Shown here: positions 13,466 to 27,800 of the stretch, in pieces | Layout of the letters: each line of letters opens with the position of its first letter | Position numbering within the stretch: the stretch's first letter is position 1 | Source of the DNA: Thalia democratica | Lineage: Eukaryota | DNA: 64,000 nt | Direction of reading: 5' to 3' | Assembly (NCBI GenBank): GCA_965202585.1 | Contig: OZ241829.1 | Span: 50,716,001-50,780,000, forward strand | Position numbers and translations under genes: made by a program | The notes under the pieces: generated by a model | Databases searched by the model: none | What the model was told of the DNA's origin: nothing | Seen by the model: only the letters and a program-made list of their open reading frames with translations

Positions 13466-14892
13466 ATAGTTTATGACAATTTTAAGAAAGATAATGAGCC
13501 AAGCTAATATTTTGATTTTTGTTAAATTGTTTAGATAGAAAGTATAAGATCAATAAAAACAAACCACAGACAAACTGTTGACTTACTAAAACGATTTAAG
13601 AAACTGAAATATTGTTATACTATTACTGTATAATTATTTTTAAAGTGTATTTTTTGAAGTAATTGACTTTATTTTAATAACAGTTTTTTTTAATTTTTGC
13701 TTGTCAAAATATATCTTTGAGGAAATTAAAGGCAATTAAAGATTGGTTTATAAAATTAATTCAAGTTTTATTTATATTCAAAATTAGATATTTTATGATT
13801 TAAACACTTTTTTACATTTAGGCCCAAATTTAAATTAGTTAATTACGCTTTAAACTTTGTTCCAATTTAACAAAAATATTTTTAAAAATTTATGCTTTTT
13901 ATTTCTCTTAAGTTTTATTTACATTTAGTGAAACAAAATTTAAATTACAGTTTTGAAACCTATAAAGTAAATCTTATTTTTTAACTGTAGTTATGAAAGA
14001 TAAAAAGTCTTTTATTAGATAATTCAACCTTATATTTCTTACCAGTTTAAACAAAAAAATTGTAAAAAGTTAGTTTATTTTTAATTTAAATAAGTCTTAT
14101 TAAAATTTAGTATTAAAATTGAAAAAGTATTTCATTGCGGCTCTAAATTCTGGCTAGAATTACTTGTTTATTTTATGATAGTATTTATTTTTATATCTTA
14201 CGTTAACAATTTGAATACAATTTAAACAAAAATATCTTCAACTGAACTTTTTGATTTATATTTTTCAGAAGTTCTATTAAAATTGATTAATAAGTTTAAA
14301 AAAACACCTCTTTGCAAATCTAAGTTAAAGTTTTACTTGTTTGCTATTTACAAAATAACATTATTTTCGCTATTAAAGTTATTCCTTTTTATAAATAAAT
14401 ACAAAAACTAAAAATATTCTACTTTTTACAATTTCTTCAATCAATTTTTAATAATATTTGCGTTTATTCATAACACAACTAAACTTAATCTTTACTAATT
14501 CAGTTATTTTTACTTATTTTGCAGATATTAGAAAGCAGACATGTACATAAATGTAAACCTCTAAATCTATTTAGTAATCTAAAAAACAACAGCAACAGTT
14601 TTTAATGTTGAATATGACAAAAGTTAAAGTTTATAATATCATAAAAAGCCTATTTTTCAACAAACTTAGATTTATGGATTACATATAAATTGAAATTCTT
14701 AAAAAAGTAAATAGAGTTGTATCTCCAGACATAAATGAATTAAAGAATCAGGCATAGTATGTAATCAAAAATCAAAGTAGCTCGACACTGCCAAAAATGA
14801 TACCAAAACTTAAGTACTAATTAAAACCATACCAAATAAATGTAGTTCAATTTCAATATTATCCAGTTTAAAAAAAAAAAGTGGTATACTGT

Positions 14893-14990
14893 TTATTAAA
14901 CGACAGAAAAAGCGCTCTAATTATTTTGTCTAAGGACCTAGTGCACGAACAAACCTTTTCACATTTACCGAGCTTACACCCGGTTGTATA
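14893..14990 (-). repeat. ~95-bp dispersed hairpin repeat, copy 3 (diverged)
   Basis: Reverse complement reads ..AAAGGTTTGTTCGTGCACTAGGTCC..AGAGCGCTTTTT. Confidence 0.6.
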
Positions 14991-17900
14991 GTTTTCTTTA
15001 CAAAATATAACTCTTTATAAACAAGTATTAATTACAACGTCATTTTTAGCTTTTTATATGTTTGTATTTAATCAGCTCTATCAATTACTATTTTGATTAT
15101 TTATGTGTAAATGACTTTGTACGTAACTAATATTTGTTTATAGTGATTACTAGTGTTACTATATAATGCATTAAACATTTCTCAGGTTGGTTTTAAAGTT
15201 AGTCATTCATTTTACTAACTTAAATTTTTCCTGGTTTGTTGAAAAAGTGCTGTTAGCATTTGGTAAGGTAAGCAGTGTATGCAGTGCAGTAAGGTGCATC
15301 TTGTGTTCCTAAAAAATTATATTTTTTCAGTAGCGTAAAATAAATATTTTTCAGCGTGGCATATAAAAAATCATATAAAAAACAACACAAAATGTAGTTG
15401 TTCTCCTAGCTTTTATTGAAAGTATTCTAATGGCATTTGAAGATTTCTTATAATAAATGTTTGTAAAAAGCCAATGGAAGGAGATCAAGATTTTTTTAAA
15501 CACAGTTTTTCACTTTGTTTTTATTTTTTGCTACAATTAATTTTATAATCTGTTCGTATACTTCTCCAAAAATATTTTAACAGATGTTTACAGTTTTGTA
15601 TCTTTTATAAAATACATTAACGACAAACAATTGCTGATTTCTTTTTTAAACGAAAGTAAGACAAATTGATGAAATCGCTTTCACACTAATTTAGTTTTAA
15701 AATATAACTACTTTTTGAGGTTAGGTTAGAATAGAGTCACACAAGTACTTGTGATGAGCCCTGATGTTGCATGTTGTAGTGTCAAAATCTATACTGCTAA
15801 CGCTATTTGAACAGCTAGTTTAAAAAAAAGATTCCTTATTTCCTTACAAACACTTTTGCCACAAACGTTTTCAAACATTTTACTAACGAGGGAATTGTTA
15901 TAATTTTGTGTTCTTTTCTGAGATAGAAAGCGGCAAGCGTTTTACCTTTACAGTGCCATCCAATGTTCCATGTTGGATTTGTTTTATCGCCCCAATTCAT
16001 AAGAATGTTTTTTGGAGCAGTTAGTTTTTTTCTACAGTATAAGATACTTGTAAAAGTGTTTTTGAATATATAAGTAGCTTAATTTAACAGAGTTTCTATT
16101 TTCACCACAAATATAAATTGAAACAGAAACAATTTTTATAATTGAGCCGGAGAAATATTAGTTCTTTTTACATCACCAATTAACTTGAACACAGAGAAGA
16201 AATATTTTTTAAATTTTTACTTGTATACATTTATGTTTAAAAAGTGCGTATTTTAATTAATCAAAATTAAGTAAGTAAGCTAAAACTTAATTGAAATTTC
16301 ATAACTAAACTCTATTTGATTAAATTCTATTCATATTTTCATTAAATAAAGTTATTTCAAGTGTTTAAAGTTAGTGTTTATGAAAAAATCATGTGCCGTA
16401 CCAATAGTTAAATACAAGCTTTAACTATTTTAAGATTTAGTACATACTTATTTATCTAATACTGTATTTATTATTATTAATTTAACTAAAAAATTTAAAC
16501 ATAAGTCACTTATTTAAAAAATGTTTTTTATTTAATTTCATTTAGCGCATCATTAAAATAATCTTGCTTAAAACTGAAAATAATACTATAGTGTAAATTA
16601 AGTTATATACAATGAGTTTGAAAAGTCTAGCTAAAAATAGTTACGTCATAAAGTATAAAAGTCTGTTTAAAAGGTTTGAATTGAGTTAAGTTATTCTTTG
16701 CCAACTTGAAGTTATTTATAAGACAAAATTGTTAAGACAAAACATTTAAGATAGTAGAAATTTAAATTGAAACTAAATTAAATAAAAAGTAAATTACAAA
16801 AAGCGACAACAATAATACTAAAAACACGGTATTATAAAGTTTTAAGTTGTAAAAATTTCTTTGTTTGCAAATTTTCGGCTCGCGCGTTCAAATAAACAAA
16901 GATTCTAGAGCTGTGAGATGGTAGGAGTTTCTCGCTCTGGATAGAATTTTAAACCTACTGTCTAGGTAGTTCTCAGCACAACTAGGGTTTTTGAGGTACA
17001 CAACCAGGTCACGTTGTACCAATCAGCGTGAGTTTGAAGAAAAAATCGAAAATAGAACTATTAAGGTACCGTACAGTTTACATTGGGTCTCAATACTTTT
17101 TTAAGTCGGGTTGAACTTTTTATTTTCAATAATAGAGTATTTTGTGTAGTAGCTTTAAGTGATACACTTTAGAAAATACGCTACTGTCTACTACATAACT
17201 GTTAAAAAAAACTTCAGGCAAACAAAAATTTTTAAGCTTTAAACATTTAAAGAATACCAGTAAAATAGAATGCAAAATTTTTAACAAGTAAACTAGTTTT
17301 TTTGTTTTTATAAAAATAATTAAAACATATTATTATATAGAATAATTTAAATAAACCTAAGTCGTGTTTTTTTTTGAGAATGTGAAAACTTATTTTTACA
17401 TTGTGAAGCTAACATGAATAACGAAATATTTATACATAACAAACTGAAAACTAATTACTAATCAAAGTTAGTAATTAGCTTTTTTTGATAATAGAAAAAA
17501 CACATTCAACTATATGTAAATATATAACTCAGACAATGAGTTCCAATTAAAATAACTTAGCTATAAATCAAAATTAAATCAAAAGAAAATTATATTTATG
17601 AAAACAAACTAGCAGACGTGAACAACTATTTTACAACTTGATAAAAAAAGTTGTAAAACTACAGGTGTTCTAATTGTGTATAAACAAAAACAATATGTGA
17701 CATAGTCAAAAGTTTCCAAAATAAAATATGAAACTTTTTGAGTTGTAAAATCATTTAAAATAGTTTTTTAAAACACTTTTGGTTGACTAAATGAATAAAA
17801 AAGTTTCTTTTTCGCATTGCGCAATTTTCGTAATCATAAATTTTTTGCATAGTTTTTACATTTTGTTTACAAAAACTCTTATAAAACTTCGTGTATTTTT

Positions 17901-18335
17901 AAGTCATGATTTAAAAAATATGAAACAAAATTTACTAAATATCAAAAATTTAACGTTTATATGAATTTTTAGCAAAGTATTTAAAAACAAAGTCATAAAC
18001 AATCGTTTAAATAAAATAAATGATCACTTTTATTGTAGTTTTATTCAAGGGCCGCACTTGAAACAGGATACCAGTAAAAACACGCCCTTGTTGGGGTTGC
18101 TTTAAGAAAAAATATTTTGCCTTAATATACGCTGCTTTTAGTAACCTAAAATTTTTCACAGACTGTATTTTTTCTTAAACTTAAATTGATTCAAAAATTG
18201 CTCAAAATTCAAAGGTCGCCTAACCATTTTATAAGCACCCTAGTATATATTCATATGTGCAAACTTAAAATTAATTGCAACTCAAGGTTTTAGTACTGTT
18301 AGTAGGTCTTTTAAGCCAGTTTAATAATATATTGT

Positions 18336-18425
18336 TTATTGAATGACAAAAAAAAGTGCTAAAAATAGTTGGTCCAAAGACCCGGTGAACAAAAAACCTT
18401 TCGGTTATCGAGTCGCGCAGCATCT
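18336..18425 (-). repeat. ~95-bp dispersed hairpin repeat, copy 4
   Basis: Plus strand ..GGTCCAAAGACCCGGTGAAC..CCTTTCGGTTATCGAGTCGCGC. Confidence 0.75.
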
Positions 18426-18952
18426 ATTCGTGCTGTGTATGCACGAGTCCACTTGTTATGGTTTGTTTTTAAAACAATTTCTACCTGAATGAACAGACAT
18501 GTAGCTTAGTCGTTGCAGAAAATTTAAAGCCCTGTATGTTTCTTAAGAAAAAAAAGCTTATATTTTAATTTTTCATTTTATATAGACTTTGCTTTTAAAT
18601 CTTTAGATTTAGCATTTTTATTTAGTGTAAAATTTTAAGAGATAATTAAAATATGTAAAATCGTTTTTAAAGTTTCTTGTTAAAATTAAACTTTGATTGA
18701 ATAATAGTAAAAAAAAATTTGTTTGAAACTAGCAACATTTTTGTTTATCGAAAAGAAATTACAGATTTGTATAAATGAGAAAAAGAAAAGATAATAATAG
18801 GACATATAGAGTTTATTGAGTTTTATATTTTAAAATTAAAGTTTGTTGTAAAATTTTAAACTTATGTTTATCATTACAAACAACTTATAGTTATGAGGTT
18901 ACCATTTATGGACTTAGTCAGTTATAATCTAACAACAATGTTAACAACAATG

Positions 18953-19050
18953 TTTATTGAACAACAAAAAAACGCTCAAACTAATTTGTCCTAGGACCTA
19001 GTTCATGAAAAAACCTTTCGGTTATCGAATCGTACACCACTTGGATACAG
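18953..19050 (-). repeat. ~95-bp dispersed hairpin repeat, copy 5
   Basis: Plus strand TATTGAAC..CGCTCAAA..GGACCTAG..CCTTTCGGTTATCGAATCGTACACC. Confidence 0.75.
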
Positions 19051-19224
19051 TTTAACGTCGTGTCCAGGACAATTTTACTGTTTTTTTAAATTAATGAGTT
19101 AAAACTTTTTTATTCGTTTTAAACTAAAAAGATTTAATTCAAATAGTATAAATATCAGTAAAACTCAGAAACTTTCCATAAAAACAATATAAAAAAATTA
19201 AAACATTTTATATTATATGATTTA

Positions 19225-19560
19225 TCCCATCTAAATTAGCTAGTGATTTTTTCATTATTCTATTTGTAGTAATAACTAGTTTTATTTCTCAACCCCTACC
19301 CCTAACAAACTATTAATTTACGTTATTAATTTTCTACAAATGTGTTTGTATGTACTAAGCTATAGCCTTTTATATCAAGCATAAGCTTAAACTTGTTAGT
19401 GAGTTTCTTACATTTTCAACTTTGTTTAATGTTTATTTTTTGTTGAATACAAATGTACTTCATTTTATTCTATTTTATTCTATGTGTTTCTTGTTTAAGT
19501 GGCTCAGGTTTTGATGCCTGAGTCAAATATTGTACAATAAAAAATAAATAATAATAACCA
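19225..19560 (+). mobile_element. 5'-truncated CR1-like LINE 3' UTR fragment
   Basis: Colinear with 30765-31145 (CATCTAAATTA..GGTTTTGAT.CCTGAGTC.AA.ATTG.ACAATAAA) and ends in AAT-rich tail. Confidence 0.7.
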
Positions 19561-21374
19561 CTAAAAAAATTAATCTCAAGTAATAACTAATATACATATT
19601 TTACAACAAAATAAAGTTAGTAATTTGAAGTTTTATAATTATATTCTTTATTTAATGAATTGAAGTTTTTAAATAAAGCTTTACAAGGGTTTACTTTTAC
19701 ATAAACTTGAAGTTTTTACTCCTTGTTTTTATTTGCACTTTTTTCGATACAATCCTAGTTGAGTTAAAACTTATGTTATTTTTTCTGTCTGCCTGCAAGT
19801 TTTAAAGCTTAATTGATTGTTTATATCAGTATTAACAATAAAAAAAACATTAAGCAAAAAAATTTCAACAAACTAAAAACAGACTATTTACAATTACATA
19901 AACTAAATAAGTCTTAGAAGTTTCACAATATTGACTAATTCATCAATTGAAATTTAAACAAACTCTAAATCTATTTCAGTTTAAGCTAAAATCTATTTTT
20001 TCATAATGGCAGTTTTACAATTTATATAACACATAGTTTTTTGCAGTGTTTTAGGTTTCTATCAGCATTCATCCAGGTATTTTACTTAAACAATGTAAGA
20101 AGGTTTTTGTACCTTTTAAGATACTCATTTTTAATTACTCAGATTTTTTAAAACATCTATTTTTCTAAAGCTGCTTTAAATTAAGTAACCTAAACTCATG
20201 ATCGTGACAGTTGACTACTTTGAAACTTCTAATCTTATGCCTACATAGTTTGTAGTTTTAAATGGTAAAAAAGTTTAGAAGAAAACAGCGCTACGAGTGA
20301 TAAAAATGTAATATATGTTTTAAATAGATTATTTTACAAACTTGCTCATGCGTAAAAAACAAGCTTAAACTGTCTAGTATTTGAAACTGTTTAAAATAAA
20401 GCCATTTTTTTAGTCAACAATGAAAAATTATCAAGTTATTCAGTTCATATCAGCAGTTAAAAAAAAAACTATATAATTATTGAGATCTTCTAAAAAAGGT
20501 CTGTACATTTTTTAATGTATTTATTAATATTTTCAGACAAAGCTTAGTTTCATATTCATTATTTGATCACTAAATAATAGTATTGTATATTGAACAACAA
20601 AAAAGCTCAAAATAATTGCCACTGTCTGTCATTAAAGACTCATGAAATATCCATTGAATACTTTAGTAAAATTCCAATTACAATCTTAAGTGTTTTTAAT
20701 TTTAACTAACTTTTTATCAGTAATTTTTGCACGCAATTTAAATTTTTCTTAATATTATAGGAAATAAAAACAAAAGTATATTTAACAATTATAACTCTCT
20801 TGTAAGCTTTTTTCTTTAAATAAAAAAACTATAACATTTAAAAACTAGGCTTAGCACTAGCAAAATAAATGAATGAATTAATTATTTAAATCTTATCAGG
20901 TTTTACAATTTTATATAAATATCTAAGTCTAAAAACTATAACGAATATAACAATGTAAACAGGCACAAACAACACTTAAAATAGTATATTCATTTTATCT
21001 GTAAAAAGAATAAATAAAATAAGTCAAGTTATTATCAATTTAACATTTATCATAAATTTCAGTTAGTCATATAATAATTTGTTTTTTTATAGAATATCTT
21101 ATATAATATAGAGGTTAGTAATTTTATTTAGATAAAATAAGTTTTGGTTGTTTGATTAAACTCTTTTATTGTTATAAAAAACATTACAACTTTATTATAA
21201 CTTTCTACAATTTGTATTGAACTGATGCCATTAAAACCCAATAAATAACTTTAATTGAATATACTTAAATTTAAAAAACTATTAATCTATACCTTGTACA
21301 TACAAAACACTATCCTACTTTGTCTTATTTAAACCTATTTTAACTAGTTGATATTTTAATAAATTATCCTTTAG

Positions 21375-21485
21375 TTCAGCCTGGAATCTTCAGAGATGGC
21401 TTTAGTCCTTTAATTCATAAGTAGCTCTGTCTACAGCTATCTTTACAAGCTAGTTATTTATGACCATATTCATTATTAAATCTTG
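21375..21485 (+). other. Candidate non-coding 5' UTR exon of CEP83
   Basis: tttag acceptor at 21374, GTAAGA donor at 21486; ATG exon has acceptor ctag|caATG; in-frame TGA at 21461 makes it non-coding. Confidence 0.35.
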
Positions 21486-21666
21486 GTAAGAAATCTTTTT
21501 AGAGGACCTTCTCAATGATTATGTATTTTGTTTATACATTTAAAATAACTCTAAAAGTTTACAAATAGAAAATATTTCTAAACTTATAACGAAAAGAACC
21601 AAATCTATTCAAGTAAATAATAGTTTTCTTTCAGTTACTATGATCTTAAATACTTAAAAACTAGCA

Positions 21667-21848
21667 ATGGATGAAGAGAGTCTGTTTAAAGATGAAGAAA
21701 TATTAATGCATCCATCATCAATTCTAACAAATGACAAAAGAAATGTGGCTCGTGATGCAACAGAGCTTCAGAAACTACTGATAGATGAAAGAATGAGATG
21801 TGAAAGTCACAAAACAAATTATCAGCTTCTCAAAGAACAACATACCAA
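21667..21848 (+). CDS. CEP83: CEP83 exon 1
   Basis: ATG to phase-2 donor AA|GT; conserved LIDERxRCExHKxNY motif. Confidence 0.92.
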
Positions 21849-24800
21849 GTTGATTTTATATTCCATCTTTTACATTTTAATTTATATTCTAGCAGTAGCA
21901 GTTATATATAAAAAATTAAAATTTATAAATGTTTTTTGAATACTATTTTTATTTTACTACTTAGTTTATAGTTTATTGAACTAATGAAAAAAACAAAAAA
22001 ATGCTCAAAATTTTTTGGTTCAAGGATCTGGGCACACAAAAATACCTCTTGGTCATCGAGTTGCATACCCAATTGTGCTTAGCTAAGTTACAAAATTTTT
22101 TTACTAAAAAAATATAGCCTATAGAATTTACTATATTAAACAAAGGTGATTTAAAAAAAACTGTTCTTTTTTTTTGTATCATAAAAAAATATTTTTTTCT
22201 TATTTGTTCACTAACATGTATTTAAATTTAAAGGAATGGATTATAATTAACTGTTAAAATATAAGTATAAAAATATAAAGATTAAAAAAAAACTATTAGA
22301 AGTTTTTTTTACAAAAATGTTTTCCAAAAACTTTGTACAGTGTATTGTTTAACGTACTGTAGCTATTTTTATTTTTATGACTTAAATAATGTGATTGATT
22401 GCATTTTTTAGTTATTTTTGAAGAAGCTTGAATACTATTTTGTAGCTCTATACTAGGGGTGGGCAACATTTTTAATTGGCAGGCCGCATCCAAAAAAATT
22501 TAGTCCTTGGCTGGCCGCAGCATTTCAAATCAGTGATTTACTGTATCCAGTATCCAGATCAAACCGGATAACGCCTATTTAGGTCCGGTCAGGCCAAATC
22601 CTAATTTGAAAGTATCATCTTGATCTGACTAGATAATAATTTTAAATTAAGATTTGGATCAGTTTGGGTTCTAATTAAATTTCAGATGTTTTTATAATGT
22701 CTATATATAGAATTTAAAATGACAAAGATATATTAAATGTCAGATTTAAGTAAACACTTTGCTTAGGGTAATTTGACAAAAGAATATCCAAACTAACTTA
22801 GAACAACATAAGGTATTAGCAAAAAATGGTGTTTTTATCATTAGACATTAAATAAAAAAGCCGTTTAAAACATGTTTTTAAATTCAAACTCTTACAGTTT
22901 TGTTTTTTAAAAATATGATACAGTTTTTTTCTTTAATATTGACGTTTGTTGGCTTATCACTTTGCTTGCCGCCAGATTCCATTGAAATTTAAAAAAACCG
23001 TTGGAGGTCAATCATTTTCATTTCGCAGCCGTACATTGCTCACCCCTACACTATACCTATAGTCATTTAAGAAATCAAAGCATGAGGTTTCCAACATATT
23101 TTTTACAACAAATAATATAAGTTGTTAAATAAAAGCCCCCAGTCTGAATTTTATGTCAAAGAATATAAAAATCTAAATTATCTTTTGAGATTTAATTGTT
23201 TTGTAAAAAGTTTGAAAAACAAATATATACACCATATCTTTAATGTTGTAAATATTTTCAGTTACTTAAATATATTTAAAATTTCTCTACTTTTACATTT
23301 TTGGAGCTAGTGACCTCAAGTTTTTAATAAGTTATCCCTGCAATATTGAAAAAAATCTGTCAAATCAAATTAAAAAAAATTGAAAGTAATAATATAATAA
23401 AAAAAGTAGTTAACATAACATTGATCTTAAGTTGAAAGTTTTATCTAAAAGGTTTAATATTTTTTTACTACTGACTTTTCTAAAAATAAAATAACAGTAA
23501 AACTATATACTATTTATAAAAATAAAAACTGTAGCTAAATTAAGTTAAAGGAAACATTGGCAAAAGGCTGACAGAGCCTAAGCCTTGACTTTTGTTAGAT
23601 GTGAGCAAAGCTCAAAACAACATAAAGGTTTGATCATACCACTTTGATTATCAAATTACAAGATTTTGGTGGGCTGAGACTCTATTTTAGTTTTTATTAA
23701 AAATTTTCCCTCAGTGGCAACTGCAAAACCTGATATTGTTGATCTAAAAGCTGTTTATAATGTTTTGAAATATAATTACCGTTTGCTGATGTGATCAGCA
23801 GATTCAGATTTTTCTTTTCCTAGGCAACATTAAATACATTTGTCCACTAGGTAAGACATCTGGTATGCTTGCTTGGGTCTTAGTCTACCAAAAGCTTGTG
23901 ATCTGATAATCAAAGTGGTATGATCAAACCTTTAACTTGAGCTTTTATTAATATTAGGGCATACAAAAGTCCAGGCTTATGCTCTGTAGACTTTTGTCAA
24001 TTTTTTTTGAAAATATTCAAAATGAGCTTACCAGCTGTCTTGTCTAGTGGATAATGTATTACACATTTCCTGACAAAAGGACAAAACTTATGTCACTGAT
24101 CATACCAGCAGACGGTAACATCATGGTAAAACATGAAAAATTGTAGATTGACAATTGCAGGTTTTTAAGTTCCAACTGACTAAAGAGTCTCAATATGAAC
24201 AAAACCCCAGTCTCAATTTATCAAAAGCTTGTGGTCTGATGATCAATTGGTGTGATCAAACCTTTATGTTAATTAATGTTTAGTGATTTTTTTTTCCTTT
24301 TTAGTTAAGTTCTTACCTAAGTTAGAAACCTATAAAATTCTAAATATATAATTGCTTATTTCTCAAAAGTGACTTTAAGTTTAAACAAGGTAAAAAATAA
24401 TTGGTAGCTTGTTTATAACGAGAAAAAAACTTAATAAAATTATATTTTAATTCTAAAGGCTAAAATTAGTATTGTTGTTTTTTAAAATGTCGGTGTCTTG
24501 TTTAAAAAAAGAAGGTTTTTTCAATAAGCTAGATCTGATAGATTGCACATTTTTATAAATTTAAATTAATTCAAGTAATATTTAATATGTTTAGTTAGTT
24601 TTCTATTTGTTTAAAACAATAGTAAGAATATTAGAGTTTTAAGTATCTCAATTCTTCCCTTGGTTGTGTGTTGTTCTTCGTGATTTTTTTTGTTTTTATC
24701 AAAATTGTTTTAAATAATTTTTTTTTTTTTATTTTACAAAAAAATCTACAAATTTTTAATTATTTGTTATATTGCCTAAAGTACTTTCAAGTTCTTCTTC

Positions 24801-27800
24801 AGTAGGCAATTAGAACTGAATTAATTCAAAATTTTCTTGCATATAAAAAGTTTAAAAAAAGTATATTATGACGTAATTATAAATCAAGTTTTAAAGTAAA
24901 CTTTGTTTTAAAATGCCTGTCCTTGAAAATTTGAAAAATTTTTCAAATAGTAAATCTTATTAGTACCTCTAGTTTAAACTCGCAAAAACTAAATGAAATT
25001 AAAAAAAAATGAAATAAAATAAAATCAAAGACAAAGACTAAATAAAATTAAATTGTTCAACTTTGATGTGTTTGATTTAATGTTTTATAATACTTTAAAA
25101 TGTAAAAATAAAATAAAAATAGTAATCGAGCTTATTGTTGGTTAAAGTTAAAAAATGGAGTAAACAATCATAATAAATAAGTCGATAAAAGTAGTAGTGC
25201 GTATTACCTTAATTTGTTAAGATATTTAGAAATAATTTATAATCAAAAAACTTTATAAACATTAAAACATGTTAAATAATAGTATTTTAGTCAATTATCT
25301 GTAAAGTGGTAATATAGTTTTGTGTATTTTTATTGTTGCTTCGAGTTTATTGATCTATTAACTTTCTAAAAAATCCAAGTCTGAATAATTATTAGTGGTG
25401 TCTACAAAGATAATTGAAAAAGCTTCTTTTAAATCTTTTTTTGATGTTTTGTGTTTTTAGGCGTAATGTAGTTTAAAAGCTGCTCTATCACTAACTTCAT
25501 CTGTGATTGTACTCTTGAAGATGTGTCTGTGAGAGCACCATCTTTGCGAAAAGGACGTGATTGTTTGGCCGACATAGAACTCTTCGCATTCACTACACTC
25601 TACTTTTTATATGCAAGAAAATTTTGAATTAATTCAATTGCCTACTGAAGAAGAATTTGAAAGTACTTTAGGCAATATAACGAATACTTAAAATTTTGTA
25701 GATTTTTTTTTAAATAAAAAAAACTTTTTTATTTATTTCAATAGTATACACAGGGTTCTAATTTCCCTTAATTTCTCTAGATTTGTGCAATTTTCTGAAA
25801 AATCACTAGTTTTTACTGTTTTACTGCATAAGTGCTGAAATTTTTGTGACAATTTTACAGATTTTTTTGTTTTACTAATAATATTTAATTTTTCTAGTTA
25901 AAGCTTAAAGAGTTTTAAAACTATAATAAGCTAAACAGATTTTTTTAGATTTTGTATTTCAATAGTTTTTATTTTCTTTATCTTAAAATAATAAAAAATA
26001 AATAGTAAAGTATTTAAAGTTTAAAAAATAGTAGTTTTTTGCTAACTAAATAGTTCCTTGTTTTAGAACAAGAATTATATACTGTTTTTGTTTAGAGGTT
26101 AAAACATGCTCTCTAAAGTCTAAAGTAGTTGATATTTAGTTTTAATTTAAATTTCTTTAAGTTGAAAGAAAAAATATTCTTTTTACTAAACTTAAATAAT
26201 TCTATTTAAGCCACTACTACTTTTTATTGTTTTTAAAATTTAACAGTTTTTTATTTACTTTAAAACTTTAATAGTAAACTTAGATAACAGTTGTTAATAC
26301 TTCTCAATTATAATATTTTTTTCAGTTTAACATGTATAGTATAGAAGTGTTTATAGTTTAGTAAGTCTGCCATTGATTGATGTTTGTTTTTTATTTTGAA
26401 TTAAAATGTATTGAATACCAGTATGACCAAAATAAAATATAAAACACATTTTATGATTTGTGGCTAGATGAGAGTGATTTTAAATTTTTGATAAAAAAGT
26501 TCCTAATTTTTATAAATCCTTTGTCAATGGTTCAAATTTACAAGGTGTTTATCTACCACGCAAATCAGCTTTTGTTTAGTATTTAACCACTAAAAGCATC
26601 AGATGGCGGTTAAAAATATTAGAGGTATAATTGTACAAGAATATTATAGTTGTCCAAAAAACAATCTAATCTTGACACCCTTTTATTTCCATCATCCTCA
26701 AGTTCATTTCCCTTTAAAAATAGTATGTTTTCTACTACAGATTGTACAGCAGCTGGAATTCCTTGAGTATTAAAACTAGTAGAGAATAATTATTTACTTA
26801 ATTTAGCAGATAATTTTGCAGATGTATTTAAAACCTTGTTTCCTGATAGTTTGGTAGCTAAAAACTATTAAATGAAATCAAAAAAGTTGTCTTACATCTG
26901 CAATTTTTGCTTTGGTCAGTATGCAAAAAGTATTTTGTAGAGTAAATTCAAAAGAGCAGTTATAACGTTTTTATTTTGATGAATCGTTAAATACAGGTAT
27001 CCATAAAACTCAGTTGGACATTATTGTCAGATTTTTGACAAAAAAATTATAATGAGTTAAACAATATTTGAAATCTTGAGTTTTTGGCACAAGGCACATC
27101 AAAAGATCTTCATAACCTTCTTAAAAATGTAAATAGTAACTAAAAATTTTAAATAAAGAAAGTTTATGTAACCATTTATGGATGGTCGGGCTGTGAACTA
27201 GATATTTTAAAAACCTTAAGTAAAGAATGTGATTACTAACAGCTTTCTTATCTAGTTAGCATAGGTAGCCTACACATTCTTCATGGGAAATTCCAAAAAG
27301 AGCAGAAACAACAAGTTGGAAATTGAAAAGATTACTCAAACACTTGCACAATTCTTATGCTTTATATTTCATAATGCTGGTGCTTGTAGAGAATTTTTTT
27401 AGTGATTAGCTCACAACAGTTACTTCTTTCGTTTTGCAATGTAAGGTGGCTTGAACCTAATTTTGAGTAAAAAAAATCCTAGAATTATGCTAAACTCCAT
27501 AGATTTTACCTAGATATTTTTTTTGAAATTTTATTAGGAACCCTATTTACACCCCATACTGTTCAATGTCAATTTTTTCATAAACTAAAAAAAAACACCA
27601 ACATTTTATCTCATTTTTTTGTAAGATACTTAAAATTTATATAAACTACACTTTTATTTTTAAAACTTTTAAATCTTGAATTTTTAAAAGTTTAAAAAAA
27701 AATATTATTTAACCTAAAAAGATTTTAATTATAATAGAAAATCCGTACAGGGCGAAGTTCTGAGAAGTAAGGTAGTAAAATTCAGTTTAATCTATGTTTA

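Noticed and set aside
15730-16250. GC-richer patch that looks like decayed coding sequence
   Set aside because: No frame gave a motif I could identify; probably an old TE relic but unsupported.
21849-21939. Hydrophobic C-terminus ([20 protein letters not shown]) of the 90-aa track ORF as a transmembrane isoform
   Set aside because: It is read-through into AT-rich intron 1 past a phase-consistent donor; exon 2 continues the CEP83 homology.
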